A DNA stretch of 63,975 bases, the filler included, from Craspedostauros australis (taxonomy: Eukaryota), in NCBI GenBank assembly GCA_030167865.1. It is 12 parts of 12 records of this genome, joined end to end, with 100 filler letters (N's around TTAATTAATTAA, not from the genome) between each part and the next. Parts side by side here need not be neighbours in the genome. Positions count along the whole stretch, not along the records: positions 25,705 to 51,929 come from JALAGF010002870.1; positions 52,030 to 54,019 come from JALAGF010002872.1; positions 54,120 to 56,651 come from JALAGF010002873.1; positions 56,752 to 58,732 come from JALAGF010002874.1; 8 more parts are not named here. One strand, 5' to 3'. A program made the position numbers and the translations under genes. This document shows positions 46,455 to 58,832 of this stretch, piece after piece. A model generated the notes under the pieces. It worked only from the letters and a program-made list of their open reading frames with translations, ran no database searches and had not been told where the DNA came from. Numbering within the stretch: the stretch's first letter is position 1; the number at the start of each line of letters is the position of its first letter.

Positions 46455-48455
46455 CTACGCGGCCTTCTGCCGCTTCACTTCTTGCAACAGACCAAGGAAC
46501 AACGGGCTTGGCTTCTCCGGACGGCTTGTGAATTCCGGGTGGAACTGGGTGCCCACGAAGTAAGGATGCACCGCCTGATCCATCTCAACGACCTCCATGC
46601 GCTCGCCGCTGCCGTCGGTGTTCGTGCCGACGAAGTAGAGACCGGTGGCCTCCAGCTTCGGGACGATGGCGGGATCCACCTCGTACCGATGCCGGTGGCG
46701 TTCCATGATGCAGTCGCTTCCGTACAACTTGCGCGCGAGGCTGTCGTGCTTCAGCACCGTCTCGCGCGCACCCAATCGCATCGTTCCGCCCATGCGCTCG
46801 CGATCGCCCTCCGGCATGAAGATGATCACATCGTCGCTGCCGCTGCCCGAGAACTCCGCGCTGTGGGCGTGCGGCATGTTGGCGACGTTGCGAGCGTGTT
46901 CCACGACAGCGCCTTGCATGCCGAGGCAGATGCCCAGGAATGGGACCTTATGCTCTCGCACGTACTGGATGGCCTTCAATTTGCCTTCGAATCCGCGGCT
47001 GCCGAATCCGCCCGGCACGACGACGCCGTCGCATGCGCGCAGCTGATCCATCGCATCGCCGTCGTCACCCTCCAGCTCGGACGAATCGATGAATTCGATC
47101 TTTAGGCGTTGCCGCGTGGCGATGGCGGAATGTGTCAGCGCCTTGATGACGCTGAGGTAGGCATCGCCCTGATCGCAGTACTTGCCGACCATGGCGATGG
47201 TGCAGTCCGTCTCCGGGTCGTCGACGCTGTTGGCCAGCTCGGTCCATTCCTTCATGATCTTGGAGTACCCCAGCCCGCACATGTCGAACGGGAGCTGGGC
47301 GAACTTGTGGCCCTTTTTATGATGCGACAGCCGCAGGCGTTGCGAAAGCATGGCGGGTAGGTTCTGCTCCATCATCATCAGCGGGACGCGGTAGATGTTG
47401 GAAACATCGTGGATACTGATGACGGCCTCCTCGTCCACGCTCGTGAACAGCGACAGCTTGCGTTTCGTGCTATCGCGCAAAGGATCCTTGCCTCTGCAGC
47501 ACAGGAAGTCGGGCCTCAAACCCAGCTGCATCATGCGCTGCACCGAGTGCTGCGTTGGCTTCGTCTTTTGTTCCGGCATGGAGGATCCCATCGTTGGGAT
47601 CAGCGAGACATGGACGAAGCACATGTTCTTGTAGCCCAACCTCTCCTGCAGCTGCCGCAGGCCCTCCACGAACGGCATGGACTCGATGTCACCCAAGGTG
47701 CCTCCCAGTTCCACAATGCAGAGCTCCGGCGTCAAGTGGCTCTGCCGCCTTTGGATCTTGTCGTGGGATGATGCCGATGCCGATGTGGACGTGGCCGTCC
47801 CGGCAGGTGTTGTGGTCTCGCAGAACTGAGTGACGGGTTCGCGAGCGACCTCCAGCACCCATTCCTGGATGGCGTCGCTGACATGCGGCACCACCTGCAC
47901 GGTCTTTCCCAAATAATCTCCCACGCGTTCCCTCTCGATCACTGATTGGTAGATCTTGCCCGTGCTCAGGTTGGATTTGGAGGTCAACGACACTGAAAGG
48001 AAGCGTTCGTAGTTGCCCAAATCCAAATCGGTCTCACCACCATCGTCCAGCACAAACACTTCTCCATGCTCGAAGGGCGACATGGTGCCGGCATCCACGT
48101 TGAGGTACGGATCGATCTTCAGCGCTGTCACGCGCAGGCCCATGGCGCGGAACAGCACGCCTAAACTCGAAGCCGTGACTCCCTTTCCGATCCCCGACAG
48201 CACTCCGCCTGTCACCACGACGATCTTTCGGTTGGCAGCGATGCATTCCTCCACGAGTTCATCCAGCGAAAGCTTCTCGCTGTCGCCGGTGGAAGCCTTG
48301 TCGGTGCCGCCCCCACCCCTCAACGCAAGGCTTGGCGGCGCCGGCACGGCCAGCTGCGATCTCGCATCAACTCGTTGCAGCTGGAGTACCAGCAGAAGAA
48401 GGAGGGAACTTGCAGCAAGACCGCAACGCGGAATGATTCGCCGAGGATTCATCAT
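46455..48455 (-). CDS. pyrG: CTP synthase with N-terminal signal peptide extension
   Basis: VTGGVLSGIGKG, KIDPYLNVDAGTMSPFEHGEVFVLDDGGETDLDLGNYERF, ELGGTLGDIES, KTKPTQHSV, GICLGMQ, ERHRHRYEV, QFHPEF. Confidence 0.95.
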   Translation of the reverse strand: MMNPRRIIPRCGLAASSLLLLLVLQLQRVDARSQLAVPAPPSLALRGGGGTDKASTGDSEKLSLDELVEECIAANRKIVVVTGGVLSGIGKGVTASSLGVLFRAMGLRVTALKIDPYLNVDAGTMSPFEHGEVFVLDDGGETDLDLGNYERFLSVSLTSKSNLSTGKIYQSVIERERVGDYLGKTVQVVPHVSDAIQEWVLEVAREPVTQFCETTTPAGTATSTSASASSHDKIQRRQSHLTPELCIVELGGTLGDIESMPFVEGLRQLQERLGYKNMCFVHVSLIPTMGSSMPEQKTKPTQHSVQRMMQLGLRPDFLCCRGKDPLRDSTKRKLSLFTSVDEEAVISIHDVSNIYRVPLMMMEQNLPAMLSQRLRLSHHKKGHKFAQLPFDMCGLGYSKIMKEWTELANSVDDPETDCTIAMVGKYCDQGDAYLSVIKALTHSAIATRQRLKIEFIDSSELEGDDGDAMDQLRACDGVVVPGGFGSRGFEGKLKAIQYVREHKVPFLGICLGMQGAVVEHARNVANMPHAHSAEFSGSGSDDVIIFMPEGDRERMGGTMRLGARETVLKHDSLARKLYGSDCIMERHRHRYEVDPAIVPKLEATGLYFVGTNTDGSGERMEVVEMDQAVHPYFVGTQFHPEFTSRPEKPSPLFLGLLQEVKRQKAA

Positions 48456-50893
48456 GGTCGTTGCTTTCGCAAGTTGTGTTCTCCTCCGTTGTCTCGTTCC
48501 TTCCTTCCTTCCTTCCTTCGTCAATCCGTTATCTCCTGCTTCTTGGAGTAGAGAAGCAGCGTGCGAATGAGGTGGCACTACTCGCAGTACAATGCCAATG
48601 CTCTCCAATGGAAGAGCAGGAGAGAGTGAAAGATACTAATGCAAAGAGCAACGTCGTGACGTCCCCTCCTGCCGATGGTGATGGGGTTGATGGCTGTTCT
48701 GTGGACTGAAGCCCAATCACCAAATACACGATTTTGGTTGGACAGGATCTGTTGTTGATTGGTTCGGAGACATTCTCGGGAACAAAGTGTGTTTGGTCGC
48801 ACTGGTCTGTTTGACAACCTCGATCTATTTCCAAACGTGCCATAGATCCATGACTTGGGAAGGTTGATGTTGTTATCCATGATTGAATAGTACAGCATGT
48901 GCGAAATGTCCAATGTCTTGACACAACTTCCCGCCAAAATCAAAGAACCCAAGCCAACGAACACAACGGGACGGAGAACGATAAAGTACCCTCAACAGGA
49001 GAAAGAACGGCCGCAAGGAGAAGTCGGCACAAGTACTGGAGGACTAAGAGCCACCCGAGTGAGTCGACCTGCACTTTGTCATGGGACTCAACATCATTTT
49101 TCTTGGATATCAAAACAAACCACATATTCATAATCCTCATATTCTAAAACCAAATACTGGTTCAAATTACTTTCCGGTTAGACCTTAGTTTAAGTTTTAT
49201 GGGCCCATCAAGGTGCTAATTTTTAGACTGATTTAGGGACTCAGCCTTTTCCTTCCGACTACATCGATCCAACTTAACCCTTTGCTGTTCTTTGTTTCAG
49301 CAAGTTTGTTCCGATTTTGAATTGTTTAGTCTCTTTTTGAGGTGTTCCGATCAGACCATCCAACACCCCGTCCACGATAACACTAGTTGTAGAGTTGTGG
49401 GAGAAGCGGTGAGTGCGCGTTTAAATCCATTCTACCCTCCGTTTGCCTGATCCGTCATCTACGTCACCAAACTGGCTGCTGCATCATGAACCACCAATCA
49501 CAGGACGACGTGAAACATCGTCCTGTGTGTTTCGTCGTTACGGAATGGTTGGGTGGGTTGGTACTCTCGAAGTGTTTGTGTGATGCTTCTTTCGCACGTT
49601 TGGTAAAATAATCAATGGTTACCTCATCCCCCAGTATGTCCGACTTGTTCAGAGCGCCAAACTTGACACAAGAAGATGACAATGGCGGAACACCCAAAAA
49701 ACATCACAATGGCCACCCAACGGCATCGTCAGCGCCGCACCAACCAGCGGCCCAATGACAAATCCAAGCACATCGCCGTCACCGCCATGCAACCCTTGGT
49801 GGGTGGACGAGCGGAGGCTGCGAGAGCGGTTGCTTTGGGGCCGCCGCAGGCCTCCGCGCAAACGTCTCAAAATTGCGGCAGATTGTCTCGTTGGATGTGG
49901 CCTGTGTATTCTATGCACAGGCCACACCAACACCTATGGATGGGCAAGATGCATCCAAGAGGCCGCCATCAAGGCGCCCACGAAGTTTCAGGCTCGGGGA
50001 AGACTGGGAAGACATCCGCGCGGAGGAAAAGGTGGAGGGCAAGAGTTTTGTTGGGCGGATCGTGGCGAACCTGCCATGTGACTTTGGCAGTGAGGGGGCA
50101 GCATCATCAAGCTGCCCAATCGCCAAGTCACCCATACAAGGTCCGTGCGGCATCACCTGAAGATGCACGTCGCGAAGTTCGAGCTGCTGCAACGGTATGG
50201 AAGAGGCTGCGGCATGGAATGAGTGCAGACCTGCCATTTTTGGTGGGGCACCAAGAACCAACAGTGCCATCACCAAATGGAGGTGTACCATCGGTACCCT
50301 CCACACCCAGCGCATTCTGGATGCATCAGCATGTCGCCAGGGAGTGTGGGAATGCACGAGGGGCACGTGGAGGGGCTGAAAGGGTCATGTGGATGAGGTA
50401 TGGATCTGTATCCATACCACATCCGGATTGCAATCGGTTTTTCGACGACGCTTTTTTCACTGCAGGGACACTTTGGGCCATGTCATGTGGGTATCTGTGG
50501 CCCAGCTTCATGGAGCGGATAGATGGGGAGTATACCAAGCCATTGTGGTGCGCAGTTTATCAAAATACCAGGATGATGATGATGATCATGGGTGCTGAGA
50601 GAAGGGCAACATTGCTTGATCGCGAATTTTTGGAATCCACCACACAATTGTGTGGTGGATCAACATGAAAATAAAAACAGCTTCAATATCAATTCAACTT
50701 CAATATTCTGATTAACAGATAGTCAGGCGTATGAATTCACTGTTTATATTTAATTGAAAGCAATGTTTTGTTGAGATATAGCATGATAAGCAGATATTTG
50801 GATGTTTTTTGGGTGGGCTCTAGATAGTCTACGTATCACGACTCATCACCCACAAAACTCCACAACCAGTGTTATCGCGGCGAAGCACACCCC

Positions 50894-51929
50894 TCACAAA
50901 AATTCTGTCTCATCACCCAACACAGCCTCACTTTCTGCATTCGTCTTGATTGTGTGAGCATCACACCACATCTGGTGGTCCAGTTCTTCCTCTTCTCTCT
51001 GCAACTCTTCTTCTCTTCGTTCCTCCTCTGTCCCACCTGGCACATTGGGGGCTGCCACGACTATGGATGTTGTTGCTGTTGCTGTTGCTGTTGCTTTGCT
51101 TGTTGTGTTGGTGTCTGTCTTGGCAAGGGCAGCCTCCTTCTTTTCCTTGCGTTGTTTGGCGTTGTACGCTGCAAACAGCGATGCTTTGACGCGCATGGGA
51201 TTTGCGTGCAGTTGTACGTACCAGTCCGTTTTGGTTCTGTCGTTGTTCATCAGTTGCTCATGTGCTTCGTGTTCGGATGGTCTGTTTTTCGGATCCTTCG
51301 CGGACACTTTGCAGATGTCCTTCAATTTCGCCGCGATGTAGTCTGGTAGTTCCGCTGGTTTGCGCGTTGTTTTGCTCGCCCAGCCTTGTACTGCGAGTGG
51401 TGGGTGTTCTGTTTCCGCGGTCTGGTCGCGTAACTTCGCGGTACGATCAGGTGGCACCTGTCCTTGTGCATCTTCGATGGCTTTGCCGAACGCCAGCCCC
51501 TTGCTCTCCGCCGCTGTGCGCCCGAGTTTTCGCGTCTTGTCCGTCTTCCTGAACGATTCGGACGTTATCGGCAGCTTGTCGGACTTGTGTGTGTCAACAT
51601 CGGCAACGCCCAGCTGGTTGATGATCCAGCCGTCCCATTCAGCGCTCTTGACCACGACGTCTTCCGTGATGCCAGATGCAGCCACCAACCGTGCCTGGTC
51701 ATCGTCATACTTCACCTCGTGAGTCTGACGTACCTGTTGCCCGTTCGCGCGGAATCGTCGTTTTGGTGAACCAGGCAGCGTGGTGATGTTGCCTGCCAGG
51801 AGCGCCGCGTTGACAAGTACCGTTGTCGTGCCTGCGATGTTACCAGCTTGGAGCGCGAGGAAGACTTGGAAAGGGGTCTTGATGTCCTTGCCACTTTGCA
51901 CGTATTTTCGCAGTACACGGGTGATGTAC
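50894..51929 (-). mobile_element. C-terminal part of a probable Sola3-like DNA transposase (5'-truncated by spacer)
   Basis: LRKYVQSGKDIKT..ALQAGNIAGTT and GWASK..KLKDI..RVKASLFA resemble, from memory, the post-catalytic and C-terminal segments of Sola3-type transposases. The catalytic core is not in view. Confidence 0.5.
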
Positions 51930-52029
51930 NNNNNNNNNNNNNNNNNNNNNNNNNNNNNNNNNNNNNNNNNNNNTTAATTAATTAANNNNNNNNNNNNNNN
52001 NNNNNNNNNNNNNNNNNNNNNNNNNNNNN

Positions 52030-54019
52030 GAAGAAGGCCCACATGCAGTCCAAGGGTACTTGGGACCCCAAGTACACCAGGGATACATCGAACAGGCAGG
52101 CCAACAAGACATCTGCCACTGGCAATGGGGGTGGTGGGCAAGCCAAGTCCACCTCGACCTCTGGCAGCGCCGGTTCTGACAGCCTCCCTGGCGAGGCCAT
52201 CAAGCGCATGTTGGCCAATGCCACGACCAACACCAACACTTCTGACGAAGTCATCATCCAGGGCAAAGTCTACCGAGCTGTTCAGGCCACAGTCCTGCAA
52301 TACAGCTTCAACAAGACCGATGTTGCGAAGTCCGGTTCCCTGATCGACAGCGGTGCGAATGGAGGATTGGCAGGCGATGATGTGACTATCATCAGCCGNA
52401 CCAACCATACCGCCGACATCAGCGGAATTGGAGACACCGCAATCGTCAACCTGGACATCGGAACGGTCGCTGGACTCGTCATGTCCACCAAGGGACCTAT
52501 CATCGCGAAGTTCCACCAATACGCCCTCTATGGCAAGGGCAAGACGATTCACTCGACGAATCAGCTCAGTGCCTTCGGTCTCGATGTCAACGAGCGTCCT
52601 CGCGAACTCCCTGGAGGGAGACAGGCAATCGTCGTGCCTGATGGGCATGTGATCCCTCTCTCCATCCGACAGGGCCTGTCCTACATGGACATGAGGCCTC
52701 CCACACGCAAGGAGATTGACACGTACCCTCACGTGGATTTCACTGCCGACGAAGAGTGGGACCTGTCCACTCTCGACCACGAGTTCACTTTGCTGGACGG
52801 GATCTCCGATGGTGCCCCAGACGACGGCGTCCACTCACCGGACTCCATCGAAGTGTTCACCAGTGAGACAGGTGTCCCAAACCAGGGCGCTATCACTCGT
52901 GCGAAGCCGACGATCGACTATGAGGCCCTCCGTCCGTACTTCAGATGGATCCCGGCCAGAAGAGTCCAAGACACTCTCAAGTGCACGTCCCAATGGTACC
53001 GCACCGCCGAGCGGTTCACCATGAGGAAGCACTACAAGACCAGATTCCCTGCCGCGAACGTGGATAGGCTCCATGAGACTGTTGCCATGGACACTTTGTT
53101 CTCTGACACACCTGCACACAACGATGGTGTGCCAGGCCATGGTGGCAGCACGATGATGCAAGTATACGTGACCGTGGATCCTCGCTTCACCGCAGGGTTC
53201 CCCATGACATCGGAGAAGCAAGTTGCTTCCACTCTCCAAGACTTCATCCGGCGTCACGGAGCTCCTGACCTCCTGATGTCCGATAACGCGAAATCCGAGA
53301 TCGGATTCAAGGTGCAAGATATCCTCCAACAGTACTCCATCGCTGACCATCAGAGCGAGCCGGAGCACCAGCACCAGAACGCCGCAGAGAGGCGTATCCA
53401 AGACATCAAGCGCATGACGAACGGCATCATGGATAGGACGGGCACACCTGCTCGCTTCTGGCTCATATGCACCATGTATGTCATTGTGCTCTTCAACCAC
53501 TTGGCTCAACGCACAGCAGGTAACGTCACGCTGATGCAGGTAGCCTACGGACACCGTCCCGACGTGAGCAAGTTCCTTGCCTACCGATGGTGGCAGCCAG
53601 TGTACTACCGCGTGGAGAAACCTGGCTTTCCCAGCCAGTCCAAGGAGCGAAAGGGGAGGTGGGCCGGACCCTGCCTCCACAAGGGTGACGAACTCACCTT
53701 CTGGGTGTTGGACGATGACACCCAACAACTCCTCCCTCGATCCTCGATCCGTGCAGCCGACGAACACGGCTCCCACAACCTGCGTGTCGACTTTCCCCTG
53801 GCCGACGTTGGGGAGGAATACGGCTCGGACACGAACCCACCTGATGATGGGGAGCTTGAAGACGACGTCCCAGTGCCTGATGGAATGCAACCAGTTGTCC
53901 ATTCCCTCGGAGACGCCGTTCTTTTCGCTTCTGCAGAGTCCGATCCTGGAACGGCGGACATGGCAAGAGTCTCCATCCCTCGATTCACACCAGAGGATCT
54001 CATCGGCAAGACCTTCCTG
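52030..54019 (+). mobile_element. Copia (CoDi-like, second family) protease + integrase fragment
   Basis: LIDSGANGG protease; VAMDTLFSD, LMSDNAKSE, SEPEHQHQNAAERRIQ; WQPVYY, GRWAG, GDELTF. Confidence 0.9.
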
Positions 54020-54119
54020 NNNNNNNNNNNNNNNNNNNNNNNNNNNNNNNNNNNNNNNNNNNNTTAATTAATTAANNNNNNNNNNNNNNNNNNNNNNNNN
54101 NNNNNNNNNNNNNNNNNNN

Positions 54120-56651
54120 CCCGAAAGGTTCGGAATCATCGTCATGGCGACCTTCGTCTTTGTCATCGCCGTTTTCTTCGTCTACGACCTGTTCGTCTAC
54201 AAGCGAAACGAAAACCTGGTGGAGAATGTTGCAAGATCCAATGCCATCGTATCATCCTTGTTTCCCAAGAACATCCGCCGCCGATTGTTGGAGCAGGAAG
54301 CGATTGCTCGCAACAGCGCAGGTGGCGATGGCAAGACAGCAGCCAACAAACGCATCGCAAACTTGAAGAACTATCTCAGCGGACACACGTCGGAGGATTC
54401 GGCGAACGAAAAGCCATTGGCCGATCTGTTCCTGGAAACGACCATTCTGTTTGCTGACATCGCTGGTTTCACAGCCTGGAGCTCAGTCCGAGGTAAGCGG
54501 TTGCGCCCGTAGTGTTGTCCGAGAGCTTGAATTGCACTGTCGTTAATATCCGACGTTGTTGTTGCCATTGCTGCTATCATTGCTGCTGCCATTGCTACTG
54601 CTGATGTGCTGCCGCCGCTGCTTCGCCATCGTCCTTCTCACGTTTTCTGGATTATGCTTTGGATTGCTTCGTTTCAACCCNCNNACTGTGGCTCATATTG
54701 ATACTGGGGTCCTCCAACAATCATGGGCAACGGCCATCCACTCCGCCGCGTGGAACTCCGACATCACACGCTACATACACCCCATGACGCTACTTGCACA
54801 GAACCATCCCAAGTCTTCACGCTGCTGGAGAAAATCTTCTCCTCCTTCGATCAAGTCGCCAAGGCACGAAGGGTCTTCAAGGTGGAAACTGTCGGCGATT
54901 GTTACGTCGCTGCGACGGGTATCCCTGATCCCAGACGTGACCATGCTGTCATGATGGTGCGGTTCGCAAGGGATATCCTCAGCCGGACGCGCGAGCTGAC
55001 GAAGCAGCTGGAGATCACGCATGGCCCAGATACGGCGGACTTGTCGTTGCGCATTGGGATCCACTCCGGACCGGTCACGGCGGGTGTGCTGAGAGGAGAA
55101 CGGGCCCGTTTTCAGCTGTTTGGTGACACCATGAACACCGCGTCTCGTATCGAGCAGACAGGCGAGGTCGGTCGGATCCATGTGTCATTCGAGACTGCGG
55201 AATACTTGAAGACCTCTGGAGAAGGTGCCTGGCTGTTGAAGCGCGAGCACACCGTGGAGGCCAAAGGCAAGGGGAAGATGCAAACGTAAGTGGGAACTTG
55301 GTGTGATAAGGTGTGGTGTGCGATCTGCTCATTGTACGAGCACTGTCCAGGACTCTGAGCACTCTGTTTTACGCAACATGCATGATTGCATTCGAACGTG
55401 CTTTGGATTCTATTGACTTACACGCACGTCACCATCCCCCTTTTTCACCGATTCGATCAACGCTGTTGGTGCTGCAACTACTTCTATGCCTGTGCCTGTG
55501 CCTATCCATTATCCTGTATTGCATATGCTTGCACGCTCCCATTGTCAAAACTCGACCAACGCATGCCACAACAGCTACTGGATCCGATCATCGAAGCGCT
55601 CATCCGACGAGGAGAGTGTCACGAGCGAGGGTACCATCTCGGAGATTAACATTCACCTGACCGGAGGCGATGGAAAGACATCGGGCCACGGCAAGCATGC
55701 TCAAGGTGCGGCAGGGACCGATTCCAAAGCCATGATCAACTACCGAGAGAAGACATCGCGGTTGGTGGAGTGGAACGTCGAGATGTTGCTGCACATCATC
55801 CGACACATCGTGGCTCGTAGGGAGGCCACACAGCAGCAGCAGCAACAGCAGTCCCTTTCCCCGAAGTCGTCACAGTCGTTGCTGTCCAGGAACAAGAACT
55901 CCAGCCATGGCCAAGAGAGTACGGCAGTTGTGGACAACTTCGATTCCAACCATCTCCATCCGCTCGATGAAGTCGAAGAGATCATCCACCTACCGGCATA
56001 CGACCAACAGGTCGGGCGCATGGAGATGGATCCTGATCACGTTACCATCGATCTAACCATCGTGAACCAGCTTCGATCCTTCGTGTCCAACATCGCCATG
56101 ATGTACAGAGACAATGCGTTCCATAACTTCGAGCATGCGTCGCATGTCACCATGTCCGTCGTCAAGCTGCTGGCTCGCATCGTGGCACCTACTGATCTCG
56201 ACGAAATCAAGCAGGCGACACAGCACAGCACAGCAACCAACGATGACAATGGCAATGATGGCGATGGGGATAGGAGCGATAACAGAGACGTCGCAGCCAC
56301 GTTGCATGATCACACGTACGGCATCACGTCCGATCCGCTCACCCAGCTCGCCTGCGCATTCTCGGCCATGATCCACGATGTGGATCATGCTGGCATCCCT
56401 AACGCGCAGCTCGTCAAGGAGAACACCCGGATCGCGAAGATTTACAACAACAGATCTGTCGCGGAACAGAACTCCCTGGCGCTGTCGTGGGAGCTGTTCG
56501 TGTCTGACGAATACAGGGACCTCAGGGCGTGCATCTGCGCCACACCGACGGAGCTGAAACGCTTCCGGCAGCTTGTCGTCAACGGCGTCATGGCCACCGA
56601 CATCGTCGACAAGGAGCTGAAGCAGCTGCGCAACAACCGATGGGACAAGGC
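54120..56651 (+). CDS. Membrane guanylate/adenylate cyclase-phosphodiesterase fusion, partial (exons <54120-54492, 54802-55285, 55575->56651)
   Basis: TM helix; TILFADIAGFTAWSS, FKVETVGDCYVA, IGIHSGPV, FQLFGDTMNTASR, KGKG; PDE motifs FHNFEHASHV, IHDVDH, MATDI; in-frame introns. Confidence 0.92.
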
Positions 56652-56751
56652 NNNNNNNNNNNNNNNNNNNNNNNNNNNNNNNNNNNNNNNNNNNNTTAAT
56701 TAATTAANNNNNNNNNNNNNNNNNNNNNNNNNNNNNNNNNNNNNNNNNNNN

Positions 56752-57090
56752 TGTAGGGTGCAACTCCTCACGATGTTGCGAGTAGAACGATCACACGATT
56801 GATCGTATTCACTCGAGAAGGTTGGGGACAGTTCCATATTTATCGGACCCAAGACCGAAGTCTGTCCTGATTGGACAGAGTGGTTCATCTTGGCAAGAAA
56901 TTCATTTCCGCGACATGTTGGAACTGGGATTGACGGGAAAACGGTTCTTGCAACGCGAAATGCGACACAAAATTGACACAACGGAATTTTGACCAGAATT
57001 TCCGTTCGGAACGGAAAAGGTAAGAAATGCGAAGATTTCTGATTGGTCGACAGGTGTCGCTATTGTTAGGAATATAGCGTTGCGCTAATA
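56752..57090 (-). mobile_element. 3' LTR (partial) of the adjacent Copia element
   Basis: Follows the pol stop (57115-57117) and purine tract GGGGAG (57091-57096); homologous to 119-440. Confidence 0.8.
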
Positions 57091-57114
57091 CTCCCCAAAG
57101 CATGTCCCAGACAT

Positions 57115-58732
57115 TCAGGTCTTGGAGGTCGAGGAAGTGGGCTCAGTGTGTCCTTTCCAGAATAGGATAGGCTTCACGAGGGGCCAGAAGACGGCCCATG
57201 GAAGAAACTTGGTCATCACATCGGCGACGTTCTGGGTGCCTGGGATCTTGATGAAGTAGAGGATGCCGCGGCGACAGCGGACCGGACTCGATGGTATGCC
57301 AGTGCGTTGTGGCGCTTGGAGAGCATGCTCTTGGGGACCGTGGAGGAGGTGATGACGGACTGGTTGTCACCCAGCATCCAGCTGGGGCCGTCGATTGGGA
57401 TACCCATCTCACGGAGAGCGAGGCAAAGGGAGATGATCTGCTCAGTTGCCTGTCGAGCGGCAACCAACTCAGATCCGTAAGTGGCAGTCTCTACCGTACC
57501 CTGACGCTTGGAGAACCACTCAATGGGAGTCTGGTTCACCAGATGGAGGGCACCGGTGGCCGATCTGCCAGTGACTTGGCAGTGAAGGAGATTGGCGTCG
57601 ACAAACGTGGTGGTTCGGACAGGCTTGCCTTTCGGCTCGGGGACATTATCCGGAATCTCCTCAGAGGTCTTCCCGTAGACGGAGTAGATCCAGTCATGGT
57701 TGGGTACCTTGTAGTACTTGTCGAAGCGGGGCACACAGGTGCGGAACCGGATGGCTGCATCGGGGTGTTTGCGGAGGTACCCGTAGATGCGCTTGGCGCG
57801 GTCCAGATGGCCTTGGCGGGGAGCCGAGCGGAAGCGTGCGAGCGTCATGACNGCGACAGAGATGTCGAACCGCCCGAGGGAGATACACCACTGGAGTGCA
57901 CCGATGAGGGACATGAACTTGCGTTTGTCGGTTTCGCAGAGTTCGGAAGAGATGTCCAGTTCAGGACTGTCGGCCTTGTCGAGGGGACAGCTGGCCTTGC
58001 GAGGGAGCTCACCGAACATGCGCTCGTAGTTCTCCAACATCCGTTTGATGTAGGACTGTGGAGAGAGCTTGAGGGTACCGTCGGGGTCGCGACCAAAGTC
58101 AGCACCGAGGTGGTACTTGATGGGACCAACTCCCTTGAGCTGGTACCCATACTTGGAAGAGAGGGTGTCGAAGAAGGTCTTGGGATCCGCCATGGTGGCG
58201 GTGAGGTCGTCGACGTAGACACAGACGTATTCCCAGTGGGACTGGGCGTCTCGCATCCAGACGTCAGGATCCGAGCGGCACTGGAGGAACCCCATGTCGC
58301 GAAGGGTGTCGGCGAGGGCCTCGTGGAACCGGGCACCCGATGTGCGCAGGCCGTAGAGTGCCTTGACTATCTGCATGGTATGACCAGCGAAGTCACCGAA
58401 TTCGTCACCAGCGACGAAGCAGATGCGCTCTTGAGTGAAGGCCTCAAGATATGCATTGCCGATGTCTCTGACCCATGTTGGAATGCCGTTGAGTTCCCCG
58501 GCGAGGAGGGAGAGTCGGAGGGAGCGAAGGCTGACCACACCTGCGTAGGACGCATCCTTGCAGGGTTCAGTGAGGTGGCCGCCAGCGACGCAACGCGCCT
58601 TGTGACGGAGGTCATGCTTCACAGCGTAGACCCACTGAAGGCGGATCTTCTGGAAGCCGGAGGGTACCGGGGCACCCTTCCCAAGGGTCTTGAAGGTACG
58701 GTACCCGAAGAGTTGGTCCATCTCCTTCTTCT
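57115..58732 (-). mobile_element. Copia RT + RNase H (one 1-bp frameshift near 57270)
   Basis: KARCVAGGH, DIGNAYLEA, KALYGLRTSG, VYVDDL, FVDAN, SKRQGTVETATYGSE, GDNQSV, KRHNALAYH; after the shift the frame reads NVADVMTK..ILFWKG. Confidence 0.93.
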
Positions 58733-58832
58733 NNNNNNNNNNNNNNNNNNNNNNNNNNNNNNNNNNNNNNNNNNNNTTAATTAATTAANNNNNNNNNNNN
58801 NNNNNNNNNNNNNNNNNNNNNNNNNNNNNNNN

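Noticed and set aside
38370..48455. Monooxygenases plus CTP synthase as one biosynthetic cluster
   Set aside because: Only adjacency and shared strand support it; there is no pathway logic and the predicted locations differ.
49676..50668. 330-aa plus-strand ORF as an intact gene
   Set aside because: No recognisable motif or codon bias; protein-like patches switch between frames.
57291..58784. 497-aa antisense ORF over the Copia RT (likewise 52835-53902, 42675-43919, 45264-46064)
   Set aside because: Shadow ORFs expected from strong third-position C/G bias on the coding strand; no motifs.
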